60,000 bases of DNA, from NCBI GenBank assembly GCA_051294905.1, contig CM119372.1, positions 24,988,001 through 25,048,000 on the forward strand, in the 5' to 3' direction. The translations under genes and the position numbers were made by a program. Positions 23,443 through 35,399 of the stretch are shown here, piece after piece. How positions within the stretch are numbered: position 1 is the stretch's first letter; each line of letters begins with the position of its first letter. The notes under the pieces are model-generated. The model had not been told where the DNA came from and did no database searches. It saw only the letters and a program-made list of their open reading frames with translations. Origin of the DNA: Botryllus schlosseri (lineage: Eukaryota).

Positions 23443-24900
23443 GTGACAAAATTCTTCAGGTCAAACAATAAGTTGAATCAAAGATTCTCCCAGCGCGCTA
23501 TGGCGAGGTGGTGCGGGATAAATAATATGGTTGGATTCTCGTCGACCAATGGTGTGTTCACCGTTGCTTCAATGACTCAACGTCAAGTTCATTGCGTCAG
23601 GTATTTCCCACAGCCTTCCTCATGTACTTGCCCAAGCACAACAATATGCTATCATATTCTAGCTGTAGCCATGTCATTAAAAGACAACAGCACACAAAAA
23701 GCGGTCCCCTGCAATTTGAGTCAGCTCCTGAAAAATCGCAAGGGTAGGACCAGGAAGTCCGGTCGGAAAAGGCCTCGCCGGGTAGATTTTGACTATACCG
23801 TAAATAGTACACCAGCTCACCATTCAACACCAAGAAAACAGCAACCCAACAACCGCTATTGCATTCTGATCTATCAATGATATCCGACGAGCAGATGTCT
23901 GAAATCAATGAAGAAACAGCGCCATTGGACTTGACGACCGACTCTGTGAAGCTGCCCGCCCTCAATGATTACCCTTGGCTTTCGTCGTCAAAGGAAGATA
24001 AAGATCCGCAGCATGTGATACGCCAATGCTTGAAACCTGAGCGATGGCTAGATGATGAAACAATAGAGCGAGCGATAGAAGCATTTTGTACCTTTGGTTT
24101 TGTTTTTCACCTCGTACAGGTATCAATGGACTGAACAAGATCACAATGTGCCGTCGCTATGCCGATTTGCGCGTAAGCACCAAGCAGCGAACAAAGACTT
24201 CTTCATTTTTCTAGTGCATGTTCCAAATCACTGGATACTGACAGTAGTTAACTTTTGAGTACCAAAACTGTACTGGTGATGGACTCTTTTATATCTCATA
24301 ATCGGACGAGATATGAGGGTATTTTTCGCCAACTCATTCAAAATTGTCAGTGCTTGCTTCAGGGTTGCGAATGTGAGATGCACAATTGACGACTGGCAGT
24401 TCTTTCTGTGCAGGGACGTTAAACAACAGGAGAACACATTTGACCGCGGCATACATGTGATAGCAAATGCTTATTGCGTGACAAATAATTTACCTTTAGC
24501 GCGTGATTTTCCGTCTGGAAAGTGCCGAGTCTGGGTAGATTACTTGGCAGGGATTCGAGAACGGTCAACTGAGAACCAACTGCCAACCGGCCGTCGACCG
24601 ACTGACGAAACGCAATCAGAATCCGGTTGTATTTTGGATGATTGGAATGCAATATCAGAAAGTGATATTACATATGCAGAGCTAGCCGATTCCTCATCTG
24701 CCATTGGTGTCATGAATAAATCGAAATGGGATAATTGCGACAGCAGCTTATGTAATGGTAGTAAAGACCAAGATCAGCAAATAATGTGTGTGAAATGTCG
24801 AAGATGATTCCACAAGTCCTGCCACAAGTCGATGAAAAGGCTGATGAGATGACATACTTCATTTGCTACCGCAAAAACTGTTTAGCTGCTAAAATTCAGC
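23443..24900 (+). pseudogene. Decayed transposon ORF: SWIM zinc finger + Ulp1/C48-like peptidase + PHD-like finger
   Basis: SWIM CTCPSTTICYHILAV; Ulp1-like motifs LKPERWLDDETI, VPNHWIL (~24229), VMDSLY and QQENTFDRG (Cys position is CGC/Arg, 24445-24447); C-terminal CDSSLC..MCVKCRR*FHKSC. Multiple frameshifts and stops. Confidence 0.7.
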
Positions 24901-27276
24901 CGTGAACTTTTATTTAACCTTTTATCATGACTGTATATATTTTCTTCGTTTCATTCATCGTTTCATTTTGGTAACATCTGTATATAATTTGTAAAAGATA
25001 TTTCGTTAATGAAGTGACATGTGTTAGCAAATAAGGAGAAGATCGAGTCGAGCAAAGGTGGATTGTTAAGGCCAGGCAAAATGCACCGATATTAGGTTCA
25101 TAGCAAGTTGTTACGGAGTTCGCATTATAGTCACTAGTGCAGAGGTCTCAAACTAGAATGTGCTCACGGGCCAATTTCCTGGTTTGATGGCGTCGCACGC
25201 CGCAGCACCAATAACGCTGATCTACAGGATTTTTGCGCCAGGACTTCTTCGGGTCAATTATACCTAATTTGGGGGCGCTGAATACGAATCTGACGTTATT
25301 TTTGCTTCATCACATCACGTTGTTCAGATATTATATATGTTGAATATTTTTACTTTTTCGGGGTAATCAAGTAGATTTGGGTTATTTCCCGTACTTACTG
25401 ATGTGGTAATGTTCCGCAATTACTTCAAAATCTACCTGAACAGTATTCTGGATGAACTAATTACATTTGCAATTCGGTTTTTGTAAAGTAGAAAGTAGTT
25501 CAGTATAATATTCCACAACTATCATCAGTTAAATTGTCATACGAAACGCGTCCGCTGTCATCTCATCGATGGGCAAGCAATCACCGAATTGGCCTGAAAC
25601 TCGCATGGCTGACTTCTCCGTTATTCTCTGCTGTTTCGAAATATATTTCGCTACGCCCCGAACTCCGCTTTCAGTATCCGTCCGCTATGTCATCTCTTCG
25701 ACGGGCAATTAGTCGCCAAATTGGCCTTGAACTCGCATGGCTGACTTCTCCGTTATTCTTCACATCTTCGAAACATCTTCCGATACGCCATGATCTCCGC
25801 TTTCTATATTATATAACCGTCCGCTATGTCTATTTCGCGGAGCCTCAAACTCCGCATTCAGTATCCGTCCGCTATGTCATCTCATCGATGGGCAATCAGT
25901 CGTCAAATTGGCCTTGAACTCGCATGGCTGACTTCTCCGTTATTCTCCACATCTTCGAAACATCTTCCGATACGCCCTGATCTCCGCTTTCTATATTATA
26001 TAACCGTCCGCTACGTCTATTTCGCGGGGCCCCGAACTCCGCTTTCAGTATCCGTCCGCTATGTCGCGCGTGTCTGTAAAGGTTAATGACCGAAAGCTCC
26101 GCTCTCCGCTTCCTCCGCTATCTCCGTCTTTTAGGAATCGGCATTTTTGGCTCTCTCCGCCGTCTCCGTTGCTTCCGCGTTTTAGGGTCCATTCTCCGCT
26201 GCCTCCGCCGTCTCCGCTGCCTCCGCTTCTCCGTCTTTTAGGGATGCCCACATTTCCTATTCCTGTTCATTGTATCGCAGTCTTGTGGACTGTGGTGTAT
26301 TGAAATAATAAAATGGTCAATAATAATAATGAAGTTACAAATAATATAATTGCTGTGGATTCCGATACCCAACACTACTGCAGTGCATACAATTTAACAC
26401 CACAACAGACTCAATTTGACTACGGTACTGATCAGGTCTAATTATATACCTGCAACCCTATATGGAGTCTCGGTCCATTTTTTGAAATAAATCCTGCGTG
26501 ATGAGAGCTTTTTTGTATAGAATAATTAAGCAATTAAACAGAAAATCCTGCGTGACGTTGCCACCAATTCCACTCCGGCCTTCAACGGCTGCCTACAACC
26601 AATGATAGCGTACATCAACCAATATACAAATACAGGCTTATCGTCACAACTGACAAATCATATGTCTATGAGTGTGTGCTACTTCACTTCCAGGGAACAT
26701 CTGAGAGTGAGACTGAGACTGGCTCAGGTCTAGGATAATTAGATAATCGTCAGGTTATATTTTTATCTAGGAACAACACAAACACAATGTACGACGCGAT
26801 ATGACACAATATGATGTAATGAACAGATAGGAGGATGCCGAACGACCAGTTGCGGTCTCTTAAACTGGCATCCACCTTGGGCTAGTGCCCAATGCCGCAG
26901 TTCTTTCTCGATGTTTGTCTCTATTCCTCTCTTTCCATTCCTATGTAAGTGCGCTTTTTCATCAGCTCTTTTTCTGGGCTTTTTGTCTTCGTAAGAACCT
27001 GTTGTTCCATGGAAAACCAGTTAAGAACGGCTCTGAGTGTAGTAGTATACGCCAATTATATTTGCCGTTTGATCATCGTGACGTTATCTCTAATACCGGT
27101 AGTGATTTTACTAACGTTTTTGCAGAGTTTTTTATGACAAATTTCACCTTGATGTTTTCACCTATACGACTTCATGCCGTCGCGTTGTGTGTCCTGATTA
27201 GAACGTCCCAATTGATTTTCGATTTATTACCGATCTTATATCTAATGTTCATTATTTCAGTGTGGAAGCCGGTGAT

Positions 27277-27831
27277 ATGTCTATGCTAGGAGATAGCCTT
27301 CTGATCGTATTCATTTCAGTGTTCACTGCACTTGTTGCTGAAGGATTGACATGGCTCCTTGTTTACCGAACTGAACAATATCAAAGACTGAAAGCAGAAG
27401 TAGAGAAACAATGCAAGAAATTGGAAAAGAGGAAAGAGGCAATTGGGGAACACAGTGAGAAGAGTCAGAAACGTCGTTTGGAACGAGAAGAAGAAAAACT
27501 GAAATCAAACAATCGTGATTTATCTGCAGTTCGTATGAAGTCTATGTTTGCCATTGGGTTTTGCTTTACCGCACTACTTGGAACGTTGAATTCGGTATTT
27601 GAAGGAAGGGTTGTCGCCAAGTTGCCATTTGTACCTATCGGTCTTCTGCAAGGTCTCTCTCATCGCAATCTTATGGGCGAAGATTATACCGACTGTTCGT
27701 TTATATTTTTATACATCTTGTGTACGATGTCCATACGACAAAATATCCAAAAACTACTCGGATTTGCTCCTTCAAGAGCTGCAAACAAACAATCCGGTGG
27801 ACTTTTTCCGACACCTCAACCAGGCAAATGA
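27277..27831 (+). CDS. TMCO1: Calcium load-activated calcium channel TMCO1 (184 aa), CDS intronless
   Basis: Recognisable TMCO1 sequence: LLIVFISVFTALVAEGLTWLLVYRTEQYQRLKAEVEKQCKKLE..NNRDLS..MKSMFAIGF..VAKLPFVP..GLSHRNL.GEDYTDCSFIFLYILCTMSIRQNIQK. ATG at 27277 (the ORF track start at 27262 is a GTG); acceptor tttcag at 27260, probable 5'UTR donor near 26754. Confidence 0.96.
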   Translation: MSMLGDSLLIVFISVFTALVAEGLTWLLVYRTEQYQRLKAEVEKQCKKLEKRKEAIGEHSEKSQKRRLEREEEKLKSNNRDLSAVRMKSMFAIGFCFTALLGTLNSVFEGRVVAKLPFVPIGLLQGLSHRNLMGEDYTDCSFIFLYILCTMSIRQNIQKLLGFAPSRAANKQSGGLFPTPQPGK

Positions 27832-28132
27832 TTGTGACATAGAACCGTTGTATCTTCTGCGCACTGTTACAATTGCATGTGTGGTTGTGATTTGAAAGGT
27901 ATTCTATTCGTTACAAAAAACTCTGATATGGCTTACCTACTATAAGCCAACTTCCAGATTTATGTGAATTGTTGTAAATAATGTGATATAATAGCAACAA
28001 TTTTTCAATATCACCTAAATGTACCGATGTTTGTGTTTCAGCAACGTATTTATAATTTCAATAATCAGATGTCACGTGATGACACTTTGAAGCTACTCTA
28101 GGAGATGCAGTAACCAGTAAAAGACATCAACC

Positions 28133-30565
28133 ATGACTTGTATGTGCTGTCCCGCATTTCGTCCAAGGTACAAGAACTTGGTCGATAGCATCTTTCCGAA
28201 GACTCACGGGGGTGGATTAGTTCGATCTGAAATGGAAAAGTTGACGTACTACGCAGTTTCCGCACCGGAAAAGTTGGACCGTATCGGCGAATATTTAGCT
28301 CATAAATTAACGAGAGGTATTAACCGCAAGCGCGACGAGTCCGTCTTTATTGCCATGGAGGCTTTGGATCGACTACTCCTAGCTTGTCATGCGCAACAAA
28401 TCAATTCGTTTGTGGATAGTTTCTTGCGAATGGTGGCCAGTCTGTTGGAGTCGGACAATCTCGAGTTCCAAGCGCTCGGCACAAACTCGTTCATCAAATT
28501 TTCCAACATCGAGGAAGACGCCGCGTCTTATCACCGAAGATATGATTTCTTTGTATCCAAGTTCAGCGAAATGTGTCATTCCAACCTGAAAGACACGAAG
28601 GAAAGGAAGATGATGCAAAGCCACGGGGTCCGCGGCATACATGGCGTCATCAGAAAAACGGTCACCGACGAATTGCAAGTCAGTATTTGGCAAACGCAAC
28701 ACATGGAAAAGATTGTACCGTCCTTGTTGTATGTAATGATGCGCGAACAAGCCCATGACGAGACGCCGGCTAGGAGAGAATCTTTCGCAGCTCGAAGCAA
28801 GGACACAGGAGATAATCTTGGTGTGAGTGCGGAAGAATGCTTACGGGAATTATTATCGCGAGCGTCGTATACTAATGTGGGATGCGCCGTGAAGCCCGCA
28901 TTAGCTCATTTAGATAGCCACAAGCTTTGGAAACCGAGCAATTCGTTCGCGATCAAGTGTTTTAAAGTGTTTATGTTCTCCATACAGTCGCAGTATTCTC
29001 ACGTTATTGTCAAGATGTTGCTTGATCATTTGGACGAGCAAGATGCCCTGGAAGGTCAGCTAAAAGCAAATATGCTTGAAGTCCTGTGCTCTATAGTCAT
29101 CATACCGTCGACCTCTCCAATTGGACCGGCGGTCGTGGAGGTTTTCAGTCAGCTGTCCCATAATTTGAGACATTCATTAGATCGCAAGAAAAATAGCGAG
29201 AGCGAAATTTTCGAGAAAACTTTCATCAACGCCGTCGGCGTGTTGTGCGATGTTTTGCCGGACTTTCAAAAACTCGAAGCGATGGTGTTTTTCATTTCGA
29301 AAGCGAAGGAATTCAAGTCGAGGTCGAAAAACGGCAGCGGCGAGATGACCGAAGAGAGGCATGACAGGCTGGTTGAAATTCTGCTGCTCTGCTTGCATCG
29401 GATATCGGAAAAGTACACCAACAAAAATCTGTCGGGTCTAAGCTCCAGCTTACTAGACCCGATGATAAAGGTATCGTCCGCGTCCAAAAGCCGTAATCGT
29501 TACATACTGCACAAGGTTTTGCTTCTCCTTTTGGATAGAAGTAAAAATTTCGACAAGATGACTTTGGTGAATTCGGTCGCCACGGTTGAAGGATCGGGTC
29601 TGACGATCCGTGATGTAGGACCCCAGGACGGTGATGTCGTCGAACGGAAGATACCGAAAGTTCTGCAGTTCATTTACGAATCGTCTCTGTCGAGTGATAA
29701 CACGCCAGATAACTACATTATTTTGTTCAAATGCGTGAGCATGATCTGTATTAGTTTATGTTCACCTGATATAATCACGGACGTGTGTCGAGTATTGTTG
29801 TCTTTACAGAATCGAGCCTTGCACAAGGTACTGCCGTTCAACGAGGAAGAAATGTTGGATGTAAAAAGCAGGATTTACTTGATGAATGTGGTCGCAGCGG
29901 CATTTTGCTTCTTATCGTTCACTTCCAAGGTGTCTAACTTCATCAAATACGTGTCGAACGTCATGCACGCGCGCAGAAACGTAACGCATTTGAATCCCTG
30001 TCACGTTTTCAGCAGCGAATTCTCCCCGCCTTCCGTCATGCCCGATGATATCGATGATGCCGCAATATTTAATGAGAAAAAAATCCAATCTGCTTTTGAC
30101 GAAAGCAGCAATTACAAGCTGGAAAGGATCGAACAGCCCTTTGTGCCGACAAGCAATGACGTTGAAAGCGTGCACGTTCATAAAAGTTTCGTAGACGCCG
30201 AGTCAATACGTCTCGACTTCACCGGCATTCAAGAAGACAATACTACGGCTGACGAAGGAATGGTCAGTCCAAAGACGATCACGTTCGAATATTTGAAAAG
30301 AAAATTTATGGAACCCTCGCTATCGTCGAAAGACCTGGAGGACACGAAAAGCAAAGTGGCGCAACACGTCATGAACGCCACATTTGAACAATTGCAATCG
30401 GAAGTGCAGTCGAAGACGCCGTCGAATAAACAGCTACTCGAGCTGATTGACAGGGTTTGCCAACCCGCTAGCAAGAACAGCTCGGCGTTTTTACCGTTTA
30501 CGTCGCCAGGCGACGATAAGCCGACATCTGGCGGTATCGTTTTCCCATCTGTATGTGTGTTGTGA
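28133..30565 (+). CDS. EFR3: EFR3 homolog (PI4KIII-alpha plasma-membrane anchor), 810 aa, intronless
   Basis: N-terminal Cys cluster MTCMCC followed by RPRYKNLVDSIFP..MEKLTYYAVSAPEKLDRIGEYL..IAMEALDRLLLACH..KFSNIEEDAASYHRRYDFFVSKFS; C-terminus FPSVCVL. Confidence 0.95.
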   Translation: MTCMCCPAFRPRYKNLVDSIFPKTHGGGLVRSEMEKLTYYAVSAPEKLDRIGEYLAHKLTRGINRKRDESVFIAMEALDRLLLACHAQQINSFVDSFLRMVASLLESDNLEFQALGTNSFIKFSNIEEDAASYHRRYDFFVSKFSEMCHSNLKDTKERKMMQSHGVRGIHGVIRKTVTDELQVSIWQTQHMEKIVPSLLYVMMREQAHDETPARRESFAARSKDTGDNLGVSAEECLRELLSRASYTNVGCAVKPALAHLDSHKLWKPSNSFAIKCFKVFMFSIQSQYSHVIVKMLLDHLDEQDALEGQLKANMLEVLCSIVIIPSTSPIGPAVVEVFSQLSHNLRHSLDRKKNSESEIFEKTFINAVGVLCDVLPDFQKLEAMVFFISKAKEFKSRSKNGSGEMTEERHDRLVEILLLCLHRISEKYTNKNLSGLSSSLLDPMIKVSSASKSRNRYILHKVLLLLLDRSKNFDKMTLVNSVATVEGSGLTIRDVGPQDGDVVERKIPKVLQFIYESSLSSDNTPDNYIILFKCVSMICISLCSPDIITDVCRVLLSLQNRALHKVLPFNEEEMLDVKSRIYLMNVVAAAFCFLSFTSKVSNFIKYVSNVMHARRNVTHLNPCHVFSSEFSPPSVMPDDIDDAAIFNEKKIQSAFDESSNYKLERIEQPFVPTSNDVESVHVHKSFVDAESIRLDFTGIQEDNTTADEGMVSPKTITFEYLKRKFMEPSLSSKDLEDTKSKVAQHVMNATFEQLQSEVQSKTPSNKQLLELIDRVCQPASKNSSAFLPFTSPGDDKPTSGGIVFPSVCVL

Positions 30566-32261
30566 GAGGCCATAGTCTGTTACCGGGTCAACGATCAGTA
30601 TTTCTGTTGTTAGAAGTTTATTATGCGTAATGCCATTTCATTTATGTACCATCACGTTGATGGTTTCACGCAACTTGTGCAATGTGCAGGTTCAAACAGT
30701 TGTTCCATGATCAGGGTGGTCCAACTAGCCAGTGTTGCTAATTAAGTAGAAAGTGATGTCGCTTATTTGTACTTAATATCAAGAAGAAGTACTTCTACTT
30801 CAGAATTACCCAAGCAAGTAGTTTTAAAGAGTAGATTTGGTCGAGATGGCTACATTCGAAAACACAAGATCCATCTTTGCAACGAATGACGCTAGAAATT
30901 TAGGTGTGAGCTTCGAAAATAGTTGCAATTCAGTAATTCGTATTATCAGTATTGTGTGCTGCCAATTAGCGAGAATCGTCTGTACACAACTGTACTCTGA
31001 AAAAGAACAAGTACTGACCAGTGACCACATCGGTCGCCGATCAACCACTGCAGAGACCATTGCAGATGGTAATTCACTGTAATTTTGGTATATGGAGCTC
31101 GCCTGAAGACTCCTGAATTCGTGACAAGATCTGTAATCAATCATTCCTCGGTACCTTACAAACCATCAGCATTCAGATTTCTCTGGGTTGATATAGAAAT
31201 ATTTTGGGTATTGAATGTAATTGATGGACAGTTCACCACGAATTGCTTGCAGTTGGGTATCATGGAGGATTGGATTGTCATCTACTAAGCCTACATGAAT
31301 CTTGTTGTATGTGTTTACAATATACAGATATATATTGAAGTATTACAAAAGTAATCACATATCACAACTGCCGTTTCTTTGATTATGAAGGTATGTTTTA
31401 GCTACCCCAATTTCAATATTTCTGAAACCAACACTTCCTAGTAGCTTAAATACTCATTTCTTGTCTCTTGATTCAAGTGAAACGAACTCTATACTGCGCC
31501 GAGTTCTTGGAAATTAGAGCCCTCGTACCTATGTACTTTGAAGCAACTTCCTATGTCCAGGCTGAACCGAACATCTTCAAAGAATAAATGTTTGTCCTGC
31601 AAAACACTTTACTACTGTAATATATTGGTATGTGCAAGTGATATTAAGAATAAACCAATATTTAAACTCAAATTCTCTTGTTTATAGTCATACAAATCCA
31701 GTAGCAGGGTGATAGACTGACAGGCATTAAGACTGCATAAATTGATGAGTTGCATTGAACTGAAGATCCTAGCCATATCTAATGTCTGCACAAGGGTGGT
31801 CAACTGGTCATGGTCACTAAAGAACTACTGAGACTACTTGGACTTCGAGTACCCAAGTGTGTTTTCAAAACAATGTGCCCCTGCTGGCCCAAGAGTACGA
31901 GATAACGGTTTTAAGTGAGCCTTGGCTGAGATTAGGAAAGTATTTATTTCCCTTCAATAAACTGCAAGCTTAGAGATAGCTACTTGTAGTTGTCCTGTTA
32001 ATTTATGGCTTGAAGGATCATGCTGCATATTGAGCTGTGCTCCTTGCACACGTTGAAGCCAGCGAGTAGGCCTTTCTGCCATTAGAATTTGAGGCTGAAA
32101 CTACAAGTCAATTCAATTCTTCTCAATCATTTATTTGCTCACAAATATATATCGACATTTGAGAATATTATTGTCGAAATAAAATTATTTGTAGTATGGT
32201 AATAGGATGCATCTTGCATAGTTCACTATGGATTCAAAATATAATGAGGTACCAGTTTGAA

Positions 32262-33623
32262 TTATAAGTTAGAAGACATCTGCACCCAGGACTTTTGAAG
32301 TTGATGAGCAATGGCATGTTTCGGTGGAACTATCAATCCCTCTGACCGCTTAAAACCTGCTGCCAAAGCTTCAGCAACTTCAACTTTTGTAAACCACTTC
32401 GCATCCTCCAGTTCCACCTGATCTACTTCGATATCATCAGTAATAGCATGTCCTATCAGCCCGATCATCAACTGGCCTGGAAATGGCCATGGTTGAGATG
32501 AGTGGTATTCAAGTCTTCCGACTTTCACCCCACTTTCTTCGAACACTTCTCGTCTTGCAGCATCTTCAATAGACTCGCCAGGCTCCATGAAGCCGGCTAA
32601 ACAGGAGTACATCCTCGGAGGAAAACGGCGTTGTCTTCCCAAAAGACATTTCTTGCCGTCAGATGATATTACTAATACTATCGCGACAGGATCTATCCTC
32701 GGAAAGCATGTGTTGTGAACTCCTTGATGACTTCTGCAATCTGCATCCTTGCAAATTCTTTTGTATCCTGATTCCGCTATGTTTGTTTCAGTTCCGCACG
32801 TTGGGCAGAAACGATACCTATCGTGCCATGCCAGCACCGAACGAGCTTGTGCCACAACACCCGCCTCTTCCTTGGGTAGTAACATCAATGTGGGAGCGTA
32901 ACCTTTACCTATAAATTCTCCTTTAAGTGACTCGGAAGGAAATTTCTCTTCGTTAATGTCTTTTAAATTTACAGCAAAGTATGCTGTGTTTGATGCCTCT
33001 GATTCTACCGCAGTGTCATTTCCGGTGATGCAGCCATTGCCAATATATATGATGTCATGGTTTGCATTCGCGAGGATATCCTTTACCTGGTCGTAAGAGA
33101 GAAATCTTATCGATGGACGTCTATTATCGTTACTTCTAAACAGTTGAAGATCGGAAAAGACGATGTATTTGGTCGACTTCTGACATTTCAATGATTCCAC
33201 ATATTCTACATCTTTTCTTCTGTATGACTGCCTATCAGCAGAGTTGGTTCCGAAGTAATTCACATGCTCCAACCTTGTTTTAGACTTGGGAGAGAGGAAT
33301 TTGTCAATGGTTGCTACTACACTGTCATGGTTCCAGAATGATGCAATTTGCCGGGCAGTTTGTCCGCTTTTATTCATCAAAGTAGAATCAGCTCCAGAAT
33401 TCAACAAGTGGTCCACTGTTTCTTTGTGACCGTTCCTGGAAGCCAACATTAGAGCTGACCAGCTGTTACTATTCCGCTCATCGATGTCCACAGAGTTGAA
33501 GAGGCCAGATGTGCGTCGGATGGTGCCTACATCGCCATCCGACGCAGCCCTAAAAAATCTCGCCAACATCTCATTTTGGGCATTGCTTGCTTGAAGATTC
33601 GAAACATCGTCTTTACTAGTCAT
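32262..33623 (-). CDS. NUDT12: NAD-capped RNA hydrolase / NADH pyrophosphatase NUDT12 (453 aa), intronless
   Basis: N-terminal ankyrin repeats, zinc ribbon WHDRYRFCPTCG..KRIC, FPRIDPVAI, Nudix box GFMEPGESIEDAARREVFEESG, NudC signature SQPWPFP; C-terminal SNL is PTS1-like. Confidence 0.95.
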   Translation of the reverse strand: MTSKDDVSNLQASNAQNEMLARFFRAASDGDVGTIRRTSGLFNSVDIDERNSNSWSALMLASRNGHKETVDHLLNSGADSTLMNKSGQTARQIASFWNHDSVVATIDKFLSPKSKTRLEHVNYFGTNSADRQSYRRKDVEYVESLKCQKSTKYIVFSDLQLFRSNDNRRPSIRFLSYDQVKDILANANHDIIYIGNGCITGNDTAVESEASNTAYFAVNLKDINEEKFPSESLKGEFIGKGYAPTLMLLPKEEAGVVAQARSVLAWHDRYRFCPTCGTETNIAESGYKRICKDADCRSHQGVHNTCFPRIDPVAIVLVISSDGKKCLLGRQRRFPPRMYSCLAGFMEPGESIEDAARREVFEESGVKVGRLEYHSSQPWPFPGQLMIGLIGHAITDDIEVDQVELEDAKWFTKVEVAEALAAGFKRSEGLIVPPKHAIAHQLQKSWVQMSSNL

Positions 33624-34599
33624 CCACTAAATGGGCAGTATTCGTTATAGTAAAATTTTAATTCAGCTGATTAAAAGATTATAGCTTGTATGAAATACAA
33701 TGAAAGCTTCAGCAAAATATATCGTAATTACCACCATCTCTAGATCTAAGACATCGACGAATGCTATACTTATCTCTAACAGTACAGACGGACAAATTCA
33801 GGTTGAAGAGAATCTGAGCAACTTCATTATGGGGTTGACGATGCTTGTATTCGACTCTAAAGATGTAAACCGGCTGGCACCGGTGAGTTTTTCCGAAAAA
33901 TTTTGCTTCACTCTTCAAAACTGTTAAACATGACCTCAATGAGATGCGAAACCAACAAGTAATATATCGTTATATTCAGAATTTCGAGGAGGGTTGGTGC
34001 GATGACATGCAAAATAAGGTCAAAAACATGCAAAATAAGGTCAGTCGCGACATGCAAAATAAGGTCAGTCACATGCAAAATAAGGTCAGTCGCGACATGC
34101 AAAATAAGGTCAGTCCGCGCATTAATCCAAATCTATACTTCAACTCCAAATCCAACTCTTTTTCTTATGAAAACGAAATTCAAAATATCTTTCCTGTATA
34201 GTAGCCTACGTTCAACAGTGAAATTCCTTATCTATATCCTAAGTCTTAGGATGTTTCAATCAAAAGATAACCATGATTATCTTGATTACGAAGTCAGTCG
34301 CATGTGAAATATTATTATCAGTCGGCGCGTAAATCCAAATCCATATTTTAATTAGAAATCCAAGTCTTTCTCTTATGAAAAATAAATTTAAAATATCTTT
34401 CCTATATATAGTAATTTCATGATTGAGATTCCTCATCTATATCCTAAAGGTGAAGATGTTTAAAACAAAACATAATCAGACGATTATTTCGATTACGGGG
34501 TGATTAGTCGCATCTAGAATATTAACAGTCCGTGTATAAATCCAAATATTTACTTCAAATCCGACTTTTTTCTTGTGACACTGACCATATAGTCCGCAA

Positions 34600-35370
34600 T
34601 CTGCATGTGGCGACTGACCGTATTTCGCATGCATCTGACCTTATTTTGCATGCGAATGACCTTATTTTACATGCGACTGACCTTATTTTGCATGTGGCTG
34701 ACCTTATTCTGCATGTCCCGACTGACCTTATTTTGCATGTCGCGACTGACCTTATTTTGCATGTGACTGACCTTATTTTGCATGTCGCGACTGACCTTAT
34801 TTTGCATGCGACTGACCTTATTTTGCATGTGACTGACCTTATTTTGCATGTCGCGACTGACCTTATTTTGCATGTGACTGACCTTATTTTGCATGTGACT
34901 GACCTTATTTTGCATGTGACTGACCTTATTTTGCATGTCGCGACTGACCTTATTTTGCATGTGACTGACCTTATTTTGCATGTGACTGACCTTATTTTGC
35001 ATGTCGCGACTGACCTTATTTTGCATGCGACTGACCTTATTTTGCATGTGACTGACCTTATTTTGCATGTCACGACTGACCTTATTTTGCATGTGACTGA
35101 CCTTATTTTGCATGTGACTGACCTTATTTTGCATGTCGCGACTGACCTTATTTTGCATGCGACTGACCTTATTTTGCATGCGACTGACATTATTTTGCAT
35201 GTGACTGACCTTAATTTGCATGTCGCGACTGACCTTATTTTGCATGTGACTGACCTTATTTTGCATGTGACTGACCTTATTTTGCATGAGACTGACCTTA
35301 TTCTGCATGTCGCGACTGACCTTATTTTGCATGTGACTGACCTTATTCTGCGTGTAGCGACTTATTTTAC
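34600..35370 (+). repeat. Minisatellite of mixed 21-bp and 24-bp units (actgaccttattttgcatgtg / ..gcatgtcgcg)
   Basis: More than 30 near-identical units read directly; explains the repetitive TDLILHV / MQNKVS / CKIRSV ORFs. Confidence 0.95.
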
Positions 35371-35399
35371 ATATCACGAAGACCTATAAATTCAGGGAC

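Larger units (their letters stand above)
20601..26249 (+). mobile_element. Foldback-type Mutator-like element (MULE), non-autonomous
   Basis: Long TIRs beginning gggcatccctaaaagacggagaagcggaggcagcggagac; perfect 9-bp TSD acatttcct (20592-20600, 26250-26258), the size typical of Mutator; internal decayed SWIM/Ulp1/PHD ORF. Confidence 0.9.

Noticed and set aside
27262..27276. TMCO1 N-terminal MEAGD from the ORF track
   Set aside because: It starts at a GTG just after a splice acceptor; ATG 27277 matches the expected protein start.
30551..30565. CaaX prenylation motif at the EFR3 C-terminus (VCVL)
   Set aside because: Cys is third from the end, not fourth, and the tail resembles the ordinary conserved EFR3 C-terminus.
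28379..30573. Antisense ORFs overlapping EFR3 (and similar ones over ZBTB, NUDT12 and INVS exons)
   Set aside because: Shadow ORFs of real coding sequence with no domain resemblance.
34532..35389. Long ORFs of TDLILHV / MQNKVSH / CKIRSV repeats (also 39159-39757)
   Set aside because: By-product of 21/24-bp (multiple of 3) tandem units lacking stops in several frames on both strands; no evidence of a real protein.
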